A stretch of 59,573 bases of DNA, the filler included, from Jimgerdemannia flammicorona (lineage: Eukaryota): assembly GCA_003990765.1 (NCBI GenBank). It is 3 parts of 3 records of this genome, joined end to end, with 100 filler letters (N's around TTAATTAATTAA, not from the genome) between each part and the next. Parts side by side here need not be neighbours in the genome. Positions count along the whole stretch, not along the records: positions 1 to 19,795 come from RBNJ01001849.1; 2 more parts are not named here. The stretch is one strand, 5' to 3'. The first letter of the stretch is position 1. Each line of letters begins with the position of its first letter. Below the pieces are notes generated by a model. It was not told the DNA's origin. It saw only the letters and a program-made list of their open reading frames with translations, and made no database searches. The position numbers were made by a program, and so were the translations under genes. This document shows positions 1 to 11,500 of the stretch, piece by piece.

Positions 1-120
1 GTCTTGCCGTCTGCCCGTCTTGCCCATGTCGCCCGTGCCGTCTTGCCCGTCTTGCCCGTCTTGCCCGCCCGTGTTGCCCGTGTTGCCCGTGTTGCCCGTG
101 TTGCCCGTGTTGCCCGTCTG
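1..120. repeat. 9-bp tandem repeat (gtcttgccc / gtgttgccc), about a dozen imperfect units
   Basis: Directly visible; CpG-rich. Confidence 0.9.
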
Positions 121-231
121 GGCGCATCACCCCTCGCGGCAGAGGGAGTTGTTGGCGAGCTTGCTGTTTGCCATTGCCTTAGTACCTTTCTCCAATAAAC
201 GACTTGAAAGTGTGTTGTAAAAGTGTGTGTG
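1..231 (-). mobile_element. 5' end of a LINE-related element inserted into the gag of Gypsy copy A1
   Basis: 171-230 (ccattgccttagtacctttctccaataaacgacttgaaagtgtgttgtaaaagtgtgtgt) matches the LINE 5' end at ~25441-25500, differing mostly by transitions. A1 gag homology (cf. 47535-47560) stops abruptly at ~232. Confidence 0.5.
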
Positions 232-1937
232 TTGGGTTCTTCTTTCTTGGTCCAAGTCTTTTCCTTGTTGTTGAATTGCCTTCGGGGCAGAATTGGTCCA
301 GCTGTTAGGATTCGCTTGACCATGGTCTTGATTCTTGCCAGGCACCATTGTTGGTGATCACAACCAACTGGGTGGCCTTGTTCTCGGATTTTTCTAGTAA
401 GCCATTCAGGCAGGGCATCGAATAAATGGTCTGCTCTTGTACCATTTCATGCTTCGTCATTGGCAATGTATCCTAGGCCAACAGTGTTCAAGAGTGACTC
501 GAGTTTTGTACAGAAGGTTTCGAATTCTTCTTTGCCATGTACATCAAATTTGAGGTTGTGAAGTTTTACTCAAGATTCAGCAATCATGGTTTCACTGCGA
601 TATTGAGCAATCATAAGTTGTTTGAGTCCAGGGGCTGCAAGATGGGCTCCATATCCTGGGGCATTGTTTGCTGCATTCTGAGCAACTACTGCAGGTCGGG
701 TATCCCATGTGAGGGGTTTTTCAGGAAGGGTTCGCCACCATTCTTCGGCAGGTCCTTGGAAGAATGTAACAACTTGGCGGACATAAGCTGTAGTTGTAGC
801 AAAGAGTTGTTCCAGGGTGTGGTCTTGATTGTTTGCCAGAATGCGGTCAGCAACTCACTCATTAGTCCATTGATTGGCTTCAAAGTTGGTGTCAACTATA
901 CTAATGAAGCTTTGGACTTCTTGTGCAGTACCATTGAAGGTAGGTAGGCTCAGATTTTTTGTAGGTCAGGTCTGTTCGGCTAAGGTAGTAATGGTTGCTA
1001 CCATTATAGCTACTTGGGCTGTGAGGTCTAGAATCTGTTGGTTTGCCATGTTGTTTACTGGAGGCGGCTGGACTGCTGGTAGTAGTGTTACTGGTACTAC
1101 TTGAGGTACTGGTGCAGAGTGTAATGGGGTTCTTTGGGTCTGTGTAAGTTGCTGGAGTAGTAGTTGTGGATCTGGAGTGAGGGCTTGATAGATAGCTGTT
1201 TGTTGCTGTGTAGGTGTATTCTGTCCTGATGGATGTGTGTCTCCTTCGGTAGTGTATCCGGGATCGAATTTGGTGAGATACTCCTCCTCTTCTTCGGTTT
1301 GGTCCCCGTGTAATTGAGTTTGCTCAGCATCAAAGTAGACAGAATTAGTGGTATATCTGATTTCAGATGGACTTAATTCAAAGTCAAGTTCAGGTTCAGT
1401 ATTGGTTTCAGATTCAGGTAGGGCTGTAGCAGGGCCTGCTTCAGGTTCGGGGTCAGGTAGTTGATGAAGGGTTTCTCTTGCTTCTTCTTTAAGAATATAG
1501 CAGGCCTTGCTGTTCTGGAATCGGTAGTATAGTGCAGTCTTGGTCCTGGTGTGGTGAAAGTCGGTAGAGTTGAGCCACTTGGCTACAGAGGCTTGGGCTT
1601 TGTGAGGAACTAAGGCTAGAAAGACTGCTGCTGGTTGTCCTAGGTCGCTCGGATTTGTGGAGCTGACAAAACTCTTGTTGAGAAGAGTAAAGAAGGCTTC
1701 AATAAGACCTTCTTCATCTTGACTTGCTGGGTGTAGTGCAAGGAGTTCGGTGAATAGGGTTTCGCCTATTTGCTGGTTTAACTTGAGTACATCTTTCTTT
1801 GAATGAAGTTTGTCCCACTTGTTGCAGGTGTGGAGGTCAAATTGTCCTTGTACATCAGGTTCAATTCTCTCCAGATTGTCAGATGGTTCAGATAAATTCC
1901 AGTTCAGAGGTTGGGCTTTATACCAACTTGTAGGAAT
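232..1937 (-). pseudogene. gag: Family A gag with long in-frame N-terminal extension (few TGA stops)
   Basis: Manual translation gives LPTFNGTAQEVQSFISIVDTNF and FFQGPAEEWWRTL (retrotransposon gag-like). First ATG at 1049; frame open from 1937. Confidence 0.8.
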
Positions 1938-1990
1938 TCACAGAAGGGTTTGTAGCGGAGTGAGGAAGCGTCTTGAAGCAGAATTGGATT

Positions 1991-2007
1991 GTAAACCACT
2001 GCTACCA
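1991..2007 (-). promoter_or_regulatory. Primer-binding site of A1, probably tRNA-iMet (TGGTAGCAG...)
   Basis: Minus strand TGGTAGCAGTGGTTTAC, 3 nt after the LTR end. Shares TGGTAGCAG with the iMet-type PBS of family C. Confidence 0.7.
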
Positions 2008-2010
2008 AGT

Positions 2011-4086
2011 TGTAAGAGGGTTACTTTTTAGGGTAATCATTATGTAGTTCTGGAAAGGTTTTCTGGATATTCTGGATGTTCTGGAAGACTGTTTTCTTAT
2101 GGTCAGGATCAATTTCATATGGAGTACATCCTCTACGCTTATTGATTTCAAGATCGGGTTGATATCTCAACCAAAGTCCTTTTTTTGGACTAGTTCTGGA
2201 TGTTCAGGATTTTCCATATTTCAGAAAGTTCAAGAAACTAAGACCAGCTTAGTTGAATTGGCATATCGCTGCAGACAATACCCAATTAGGAAATTTCGTG
2301 ATGGGGTTAGGAGTAGGACCTAACAGAGAGTGGATTTACTTAAGAGTGGTTTGTGGGTTATTAAATAGGTTTATTTGCTATTCATGATATTGCTATACTA
2401 GGAGTAGTTGTATGAAGGGATATTGTGGGGAAGTGCTCAGGAGTTGTGTTCAGATTGTTCAAGTCTGTTTCAAGTCTGAGATTCTGAGGTCTGGGGGAGG
2501 GGGTATTTATACTAGTGAGGGGCTATCTGGACTATGCTGAATATAGATGTAGCACTAAGTGCCTTGCTGAGTCAGAATGCAGTCACGTAGTACAAGTGTG
2601 ATCTGACATATCAAGAGATCATCTGACTGCTGAGTCAGTTCACAGTTACGTCGTACAAGGCTAATCTATCTATACTATGACTGCTAGACTATTTATAGGT
2701 TTAGACACTATCTGGGTAGTCTTCGATGACATCACCATCAATTGCATCATCTCTGATGAAGTAGTCATCTAGGAAGAGTGGTTCGCGGATTACTTCTCCT
2801 TGTTGGCTGAGGTAGTAATACATTGGGACTTCATCTCCATCCCACAGGATAGCATCGTCTGTTTCATATGCTGGATAAGGTGTTGGTGGGCGAAGGATGG
2901 GTATATTGTCTTCGCTTTCATCAGATTCGCTGTCTGTGTATCTTCTATAGGTTACAGCACTATGAGTTGTGGGGTTATAGTATGCTGGTGGCTGTGGTTC
3001 ATGTCACTCATACTTGGGTGGTGGAGTGGTTGGTTCCATCTCGAGGGTTGTCTGGAGGTACAGGTTGTGTTCTCCAGTCTCTTCATTGTAGTTGAAGTAG
3101 TTGGGGGTAAACGCGGGTTAGTATTCGTGCCAGTGGTCATTGTCCCAATAAGTCTTGTATGTAGTTATGAACTTTTGTAAGTTCATCAGCAAGGTTGGTG
3201 GAGTGATCAGGGTTGGCAGAGATCCTTGGCTAGAGGTCATGTCGGTATCAGAGGGATCATTGTCTTCTGCTTCGTCTTCATTGAAGTGGATTATATCGTA
3301 GACATCCTTTATGGCGTATCCAACTTGAGGCATTTGTAGGATGTGGTCATCAGGGTGCGGGAAGGTTCTGTCTGTGGTCTGGATGTATTCGAGGTACTTG
3401 TGGTTGAGTTCTTGTATCATGTCATCGATTTGACCATAGGACAGGGTAGCAACCATTTCGCTGGTAGTGACTCAGAGGCAGGGAATAAAGGTGTTGTACT
3501 CGTAGAAGAGTTCTCGATGTTTGCGGGCAATGAGCTTCTGGTGTTGAGACATCTGGGTAATATCTGTATCGTGGTAGTGTTCAACCATGTCTTCTAGGAG
3601 GCAGCCAATCTGGTAGTAGCTTGAGATTTGTCTGATTCGGTGGGCCTCGCTGAGCATGTTCAGGGCATTCCATTAGGCTTCCACAAAGTAGAGGAGTGCC
3701 AGGCTATGGATATTCATGAGGGGCAGAGGGGGTGTGGCTCGGTTGATAATGGCATTCCAAATGTCAGCGCGGATGCGGTTGTAGATCTCAGTGGTCATGT
3801 TTGTGTGTTTGGAAGTTGTGATTGTTGTTTGTTTTGGTTCTCTGATTCGACGCGTCTCAGTGCTCGGTATATATGCATTTAGTCCTGATTGGTAAGATTC
3901 CATTTGTGTAGATCCTGTGTTCTGTGACTTCATATTGACTCAGCTTTGTGCACTGTGACTTCGGTTTGACTCAGCTTCATGATCAAGCAGATGATTTCCA
4001 GATTTGTTTGGAGGTCACATGTGATTTCAGTGGCTTGTTCAGAGGGTAACGTGTAATTTCAGTGGCTTAGAGGTTGTGCGCTTACA
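2011..4086 (-). repeat. 5' LTR of A1 (2076 bp)
   Basis: tgtaag at 2011 and cttaca ending at 4086. Homologous to 43768-45816 and 52300-54373. TATA-like gtataaata near 2503-2512 (minus). Confidence 0.93.
2701..3798 (-). pseudogene. LTR(U3)-encoded accessory ORF, 365 aa, unknown function (copy 1)
   Basis: Track ORFs 3673-3933, 3472-3657 and 3118-3456 are in one frame that continues to TAA at 2701. Four internal stops, all compatible with CGA/CAA deamination. Confidence 0.8.
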
Positions 4087-6561
4087 TTCTTAGTACCAGC
4101 AATATGCTTGATTTTGATATTAAAGAGTACAAGGATCTGCATCCATCAGACCTGTCTTTCTGTAAGGATTAACTGTATCTAAATATATCAGAGAGCTTCA
4201 TAGTTGATCTATAAGATAAATATTTTGCCAAAGAGAAAGTATCTTTATATCTGTAGAGATTGGATGATTATAAGGAGTTCTTTGTCTTGTATAGTATAGT
4301 TTCTTTTATATTTATTAAGTTTCTGAGACAGTTAGGCAACAGAGTACTTATGTTGAGTTAGAATAGCTCTAATAGCAATATTTGAGATATCAGTAGTAAC
4401 TACAAAAAGTCCTGCTAGATCAGGACTGATCAGGATTAGTATATCAGTCAGTATTCTTTTGAGGGTATTCATTACTATGGTACATTCTTCTGTCTATTCT
4501 TTTCGATATTATATAGTATCTTTCTTAGCAAAACTTATAAGTGGGGTAGTAATTGCATAGAATCCTTAAATAAATCTCCTATAATATTCTATTAGTCTAT
4601 TGAATCCTCATAGACTTGAGAGTTTTTGGAATAGACCAATTACAGATTACTTAGGTCTTCTTGGAGTTGATGGTAATACTATTTTCAGAAATAATGTGAC
4701 CTAGGTATTCAATTTCCTTCTTGAAGAAATGCCTTTTTTTTTTTTTTTTAATAATAGCTTATATTCATAGAGTATATCAAAAACCATTTATAGATATTGT
4801 AAGTGAATAATGTTATTTGTACTATATACCAGAATATTATCTGAGTAGATCAAAATAAATACTCTAAGATATTTTCAAAAGATGTTATTTATCAGTATTT
4901 AGAATATTACTGGTATATTGGTAAGACTAATAGTATTATATAGAATTCATAATGTCCAAATCTTGTTCAAAAAGCTGTCTTAGAGATATCTTTTTCTTGA
5001 TGCAGATTTGGTAGTATCTAGATGTAAGATTGATGAGTGAGAAGGTCTTGGCCTTGTATACTTGGTTGAGTAGTTTATTAATTCTTAAAAGTGCATATTA
5101 GTTCTTAATTAAAATCTTATTGAGTAATCAATGCACATATAGAGGCTTCTATTCTTCTTGCAGATAAAGAGAATTAGTATATAATATAGTGATTTTGATG
5201 AACAGATGAGACCTTTGCTTACCAATTCTACTAGTTATTCCTTGAGAGTTTCTAGCTCAGATTGGGCTAATTGATAGATTCTACAGTGGGGTGGGTTTGA
5301 ACTAGGAATAGTATCAATACTATGTTCTACTACTCAAACTGGTAGTAGTTCTTGAGGTTCTTGAAAAACATCTTCATATTTCTTGAGAAGTTCTTAGAGA
5401 TTATCTCCCTCATCATCTTTATCCTTTAGGAGTTCAGAGAGCTCTTTATCATCTTTTTCTAGAGTCTCTTTAACTATACATATGTAGATATACTGGTCTT
5501 ATTTCTGAATCAGTTTCTACATTTAAATAGCAGAAATAACATTATATCTAGGCCTTTGTTTCTTCTTAGTATACTCAGATTGTAACTTGATATCTCTCAG
5601 AAAGATCATATTGATTCATCAATCAATATAGGGATTCTTCTGTATGAGCCAGAACTTTCTAAGAATGAGGTTATATCTAGGAAGATGTGTAATATAGAAG
5701 GTTTACCTTATAGTATAGTCTCCAAGTTATAGAAGTGTGTTTTTGTATATCTTGAAGAGTTTCTGTATTATTCTATTTCCAAAAGTAACAATGTTTTCTT
5801 CTGGATTCCTTTGCATCTTAAGATAGAATTTGTTAGCTGTTTTTTGATTGAGATAGTATTTGCTTACTCCACTATCAATAAGGGTTTCATTTGATCTTTC
5901 CTTGAAGATAGATATATTCTATATTAGTTTTTTACTAAGTGATAATTATTTTTGAGATAGTTTCTTCTTCCCAATCTTATATTTCTCTATCTTCATTATT
6001 GATGTTCTTGATTTCCTCATCCTATCATTCTGGAATCATTGGCTTATATCTCTTAAATTCAAGAATATATGTGATATATTCACTTATAGTACATCTTGAT
6101 TCAATATGGGTATTGTCTTATAGGAATATATTCATCAGTAATATACTAGTATTATTCTGGTTCTAGTCTTGAGATTCTTCAATATAGACAATCTTCTGTA
6201 TCTTAGTTTCTCTTTGGCTTTGTCAGAGTGCTTCTCTAATGATCCAAAGGCTTTTTCTCTTTTATCAGAGAGTGACAGTTTCTTTATTTCTTCTACTTTG
6301 AGATCATTATATATTACTTCAATAATGGCTTAGGCAATTTATTTTCCACATATGTATGATATTGACAGTCTTTTATCTAGTTTTATATAGTAAGACCTTA
6401 ATCTCACCTTTGAACTCTTGGTCTATAACTCTTCCAACTATACAGAGCCTCTCTTCTTTAGCTAAACTACTCCTTACTATAAGGTGGATATATGTAAGTT
6501 CCTTTGGCAACTTCCATCTCAATACCTATACTAATTGTTGCTTACTTGTCTAGTTTAATAG

Positions 6562-7980
6562 TATAATGTGCCGGCTCAATAGAGGCAAATTACAAGGTTG
6601 GGGATTGATGTAGTTTGGCTTGAGCCCCCAGTTACTTTGTCAAAAAGCAACAAAATGTTCTAAGATTCCTGAGGTCCTTGGTGTTCAGTGGTATAATAGT
6701 CAAAGGCTGGATATCTGTGAGCAATTTCCTTATTGGGATGGTTCTCTGGGTGTAGCAGTGATTTGTGTGTGAATGAGTTTCCTTCTTGAGTCAACTGAGA
6801 ATGCTACAATTTCATGTAGCGAGGCAATTTCCAAAAGTATGCGATTTCTGGGTGATGGTCTGGGTGCGATGATCTTTGTGTAGCGTGACGATCTCTGTGT
6901 AGTGTGGTGGGTTCCTTATGCGGGACATTCTGATAATTTGAGGGGTAACTCGATTTGGCTCACTGGGAATAGAGGATGGCACAGATCCTTCTTACTGGGA
7001 ACTGTGCTGTCAATGGTTAACTCGATAACTCAGGCTCACTGGGAACAACGAATAACTCAGATGGCATAGATAACTCAGATGACATGATCAGCTTCAACTA
7101 GAAATATTACTCGAATGGTGCGAGTTCTTCCAAATCGGGCTCTTCTGGGAATATGATAGTGCAATATAGATAACTCAAAGGTGGCGGATGATGTGGATTC
7201 TCTGGAATCAGCGGATTTCTGGGAACTAACTCAGATTCTTGGCAAGTTACATCAAAGACTGGCTTCATTTGCATGGGGTTATGTCGTAGACTGGCTCCAC
7301 TGCAAAGTTGCATCAGAAAGACTGGCTTGTGGCAAGAAAGGTGGGCTCTTCTGGGGATATGGTAGATAACTGGGAAATGGCAGCGAAGTTCTTCCTTGAA
7401 CTTGGCGGCAAACTGGGATTCTTCAGGCTTATCTGGCAAGCATACCAATAGCGCAGCTTATTCCTTAAGTAGTAGGTTCTTCAAAAGGTGGCAAAGTTCT
7501 CCTTGAACTTAGATGGCAAAATTAGCCTTGTATTGGAAAGTGGACTGGAGTGGGAATAAGGGGACCAATTGCTCAATCATTAGAGGCTTCTTTGGTTTGC
7601 ACTTCAATTTGGACTCATTCTTTGTATCAGAAAGTAGACCAGAGTGGAGAAATAAGCTCACAATCTCCTAGCAGTGGCTGTAGAGTTCCTCTTGAAGTGT
7701 GGTAGGCAGACTTGTCTTTTGCTTCAATTTCGGACTGAGGTTTATTCACTCTTGTCTCTGGGATAATTTATACAAGTTGGTTGCTATCTAGTTACTATGT
7801 GGCTAACTATAGATCTGCTACTTATGGCAGGTGTACAGAGTCTGTACAGGTAAACAGACTCTTCCTGGTATGTCTGGCTATTTATACAGTTTTCCATAGC
7901 AATGGTTGCTGGTTACTATACTGTGTGTTCATGTCATCTGGTTAAGATATAATTCGGATGGTACATTTTGGTTTGTCACA
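6562..7980 (-). repeat. 3' LTR of element B
   Basis: Direct repeat of 15621-17097; ends gtcaca at 7980. Purine-rich agtagggg tract adjacent on the minus strand (7985-7992). Confidence 0.95.
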
Positions 7981-8019
7981 TCAGCCCCTACTGAAGGGTA
8001 GTCTGTCCCAGACTATTCT

Positions 8020-8535
8020 TCAGTCATCATCCCAATAAGCATAGGATGCTTCTGCATCTATACCTGTTCCATCATCTTCATTATCTGTACTGGGGTTACT
8101 CTATTCTATGGGCTCTTCTTCTTCTTCTGGGAATAGGATTTCAACAGAGTTGATGATGCTCAAATAGGTAACAGGGTTCATTCCTTGAATATCATTCAGA
8201 GAGAATTGTGCCTGTGTCAGGGCTGTGATATTTCATTTATAAATGGTGTATAGTCTGTCTGCAGCAGTAGTGTCTCTTCTGGTCAGACCTGTGGTGTTCC
8301 TGATGTAGGTCTGTTCTGGGGCTGGGAGGTTCTACAATTGCTCACTGATTACATAATAGGTCTGCAGTTGGTGGACTTATGGTAGGCATCTGACCAAGGT
8401 GAGATTTTCTTGATGAGCTTGGATCCTTTGAAGGGGGCTTCCATTGGCTTGGCCAAATTGGGGTAGAGGGACTGGTAGGGCTTAGAAGGAGCTGAGGACC
8501 AATGTCTGGAGGCACTGATCAATCCTTTGGCTCAT
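8020..8535 (-). pseudogene. Family B accessory ORF3 (~170 aa), homolog of the family A LTR ORF
   Basis: ATG at 8535 overlaps the integrase stop (ccATGAg). Reads MSQRIDQCLQ...PLP...VHQLQTYYVISEQL...AADRLYTIY, then an acidic tail. Five internal stops. Confidence 0.7.
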
Positions 8536-11500
8536 GGTGTAGAGGGGAAATATAGTTTGAGGTGATTGATATATACTGGTATTCTCAGGGTTTATCCATC
8601 CATGCTTCTTAAATAGATACTGGTTCCTCTAATGTTGTGTACAAGATAAGGTCCTTCCCATTTTGGTTCTAGTTTGGCAGCAAAGTTTGTCTCAATCATG
8701 CTTCTCTAAACTAGGACTTGATCTCCAATCTTGATCTCCTGATCCTTCTGTTTTTGATTATAATAATTCTTTTGTCTTTCCTGGGTTTTGATAATCTATT
8801 CTTGGGCTTGATTACATAACTGTTCTGCCTTCTTGAGGAGGTCTCCGAGATTCTCATGGTCAGCAGTTCTGGTTCTCTTGGCAAACATCATTTCGAATGG
8901 CTTTTGTTTGGTGGAGGTGGCAGGGGTGTTCCAAATTTCCCATAGGATCTCAGGTAAGCAGAGGTCCCAATTAGTAGGATTGACTCGGGCAAGTCCTTTC
9001 TTGATGGTCTGGTTCATTCTCTCTGTCATGCCATTGGTCTAAGAGTAGTATGATGTGGTCCTTTTGAGGTGGATCTTGTGGATTCGGACATAACTTATGA
9101 TTATGTTGTTGATGAATTCTGTGCCTTGGTCAGAGATAAGTTCTTCTGGGAGTCCATATCTGAGTGTGAGTCCATGGAGGAGGCCTACAATGGTTAAGGC
9201 ATCTGCGATTTCCATTGGGAAAGCCTTGGGCCACTTGGTCAGATGTTCCACAAATATAAGGATGTATTTGTTTCTTCTTAGTGTAACTGGTAGAGGTCCA
9301 ATTACATCTACTCCCCATCTTTGAAAAATGTGAGTGGGTGGGGGAATCAGTCGCAGAGGGGCTTGATAGTTCTTCTTTTCTTGATACTTCTGGCAGATGT
9401 CACATTTCTGAATGATGTCTTGGACTTGGGTTCTGAGGTGGGGCCAATGTTGATGTTGTTTTTGAATCTTGTCTTCTATGCATGTCTGTCCTTGGTGGGC
9501 TTTCTGATATTCTTGTCAGATGAGATTTTCTTATTCCTTGATGGTCTGAGGAGCTTCCTTTAGAGTGTGGTTCCTTGGGACACCCTTCTTCTGATTCATT
9601 TGGGCTGGCGGGAAAGTACATCAATATTGTTGTGGGCTTTCCCTGCTTTGTGAATGATAGTGATTTTGTAATCCTGAAGGATAAGGATCCAGTGGGCTAG
9701 GATTCTGGCAGGTTTCTTGTAGTTAAATAGCCATTTGAGGGCTATATGGTCTGTGATCAGGGTGAACCTTTTTCTGATGAGGTAATGCTTGAACAGGGTG
9801 ACCACCCATATGACAGCAAGACATTCCAGTTTGGTGCTACCATAGTTCATCTGCTGCTGATTGGTAGCTCTGCTTGTATAAGCTATCATATGGTGCTATT
9901 GGTCAGGTCCTTCTTGGGCTAGAACTGCTCCCAGGCCATCTTTGGAAGCATCTGTATACAAGATGAATGGCTTCTGTAGATTGGGGTGCACAAGAATTGG
10001 TGCTGTAGTCATGCGGTTCTTGAGTTCTCTGAAGGCTTTTTCCTGTGATTCTGTCCATTTGAATGGCAGTCCTTTTTTGAGAAGGATTCAGATTGGGGCA
10101 GCAATTTGGGCAAAATCTTTGATAAACCTTCTGTAGTAGGATACTAGCATCAGAAATGATAGTGTTTCCTTTGGTGTCTTGGGTTCTGGCCAGTTGTTGA
10201 TCTTTTCAGTTTTCTTTGGATCTGCATGAGTTCCTTCTTTCGAAACCATGAATCCTAGGAATTCAAGTTTCTGTTTCCCAAAATAGCATTTCTTTGCATT
10301 CAATCTCAAGTGATTCTTGTGGGTGAGCTTGAAGAATTCCTCTAGGTGGTGCAGGAATTCTTCGAAATTTGCTGAATAGATGTTGGAATCATCTATGTAT
10401 ACAATCAGACAGTAGTGGATCAAAGGAGCATAGACCAAATTCATCATCCTCTGGAAGGTTGGGGGTGCATTGCAAAGTCCAAAAGGCATTCGGAGGTATT
10501 CAAACAGTTTTCCTAGAGCAAGGAAGGCTGTCTTCTGGATGTCCTTCGGGTCCATGGAGATCTCATGGAATCCTGCGAAGAGGTCCATACTGCTGAAGTA
10601 TCTGGTGTCTTGTAACTGGTCCAAAAGGTCATCGATTCTGGGCAAAGGATAAGCATCCTTTTTAGTGACTGAGTTGAGTTTTCTGTAATCCATGCAGAGT
10701 CTCCATCCTCCTTTCTTTGGTACAATAAGTATAGGGCTGGCCCAGGGGCTGGTAGAGGGTTGGATGACTCTATTGTCTAAGAGTTCTTGGATGTACTCCT
10801 TTTCGAATGTTTTCAAGTGATGGGGTATTCTATAAGGTTTCTGCTGGATGGGTGTTGCATTTCCTTTATTTATGCTGTGGTGATATGATAGATTGTATGG
10901 TAGGTTGCCATAATTAGTAGTGAAGATATCTTGATATTTGTTGAGAAGTTCTACTAGTTGTTGCTATTGTTGAGGTGTCAATTCTTCTCCAATGTTGGTG
11001 GAACACTTCACTCTCTTCTGGGTCACAGAGGGGCCTTTCCTTTCTTCTGAGACCTTTTGCCATTTCCTGATCAGTTTAGTTCATAAACTTCCCTATGAGT
11101 TCGGTTGAGAAAAGGCACCAGATGTCCTATGATGGTTCCTTTTGGCAGGATGATGGTCTCCTAACTTTGGTTGGTTGCTCAGGAGTGTACTGGATTCATC
11201 TTGTCAGGGAATGTGTGTCCCTCTATGTCAAGGTGTGAGATATCTTCCTTGGGTTCAAAGAAAAGGTTCCTGGGGTCAGGTGGTGCAAATATTTCGAAGG
11301 TAGTTTGTACTCCAGGCTCCAGGATGAGATTCTTGTATAGTCTGACTGGTTGCTGGTATACTTGCTGGAGAACATTCCTCTTGAGGTGGTTGACTTGAAG
11401 GAGATGTACCTCCTTCCTGTCTAAACTTCCAAATCCTTTGGCTTGTCTTGTTCCTTTAGTTAGTTCAGGGACTTCTTGTAACTGTGGGGTGTTGACATTC

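Larger units (their letters stand above)
232..4086 (-). mobile_element. Ty3/Gypsy family A, partial copy A1 (5' LTR, PBS, gag)
   Basis: Reverse-complement homolog of 43768-47560. LTR termini TGTAAG...CTTACA. Confidence 0.93.

Noticed and set aside
1..120. Short repeats as a CRISPR array or telomere
   Set aside because: No spacers, eukaryotic context, and the imperfect 9-mer lies within a LINE-like 5' region.
537..3882. Plus-strand ORFs here and similar antisense ORFs over other elements (e.g. 13123-13935, 46844-47299)
   Set aside because: Antisense shadows of retroelement coding frames.
2568..3973. Four TGACTCA/TGAGTCA (AP-1/Gcn4-like) sites per family A LTR
   Set aside because: One copy reads CAACTCA (~45280), implying ancestral CGACTC(G/A). 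The sites are probably products of CpG deamination, not original regulatory motifs.
7107..7448. 113-aa ORF inside the family B LTR
   Set aside because: The track reports different frames in the sister LTR (e.g. 16050-16286), the region is built from short internal repeats, and no frame is clearly preferred.
8020..8535. ORF3 as an env gene
   Set aside because: No signal peptide, furin site or TM helix visible, and too short.
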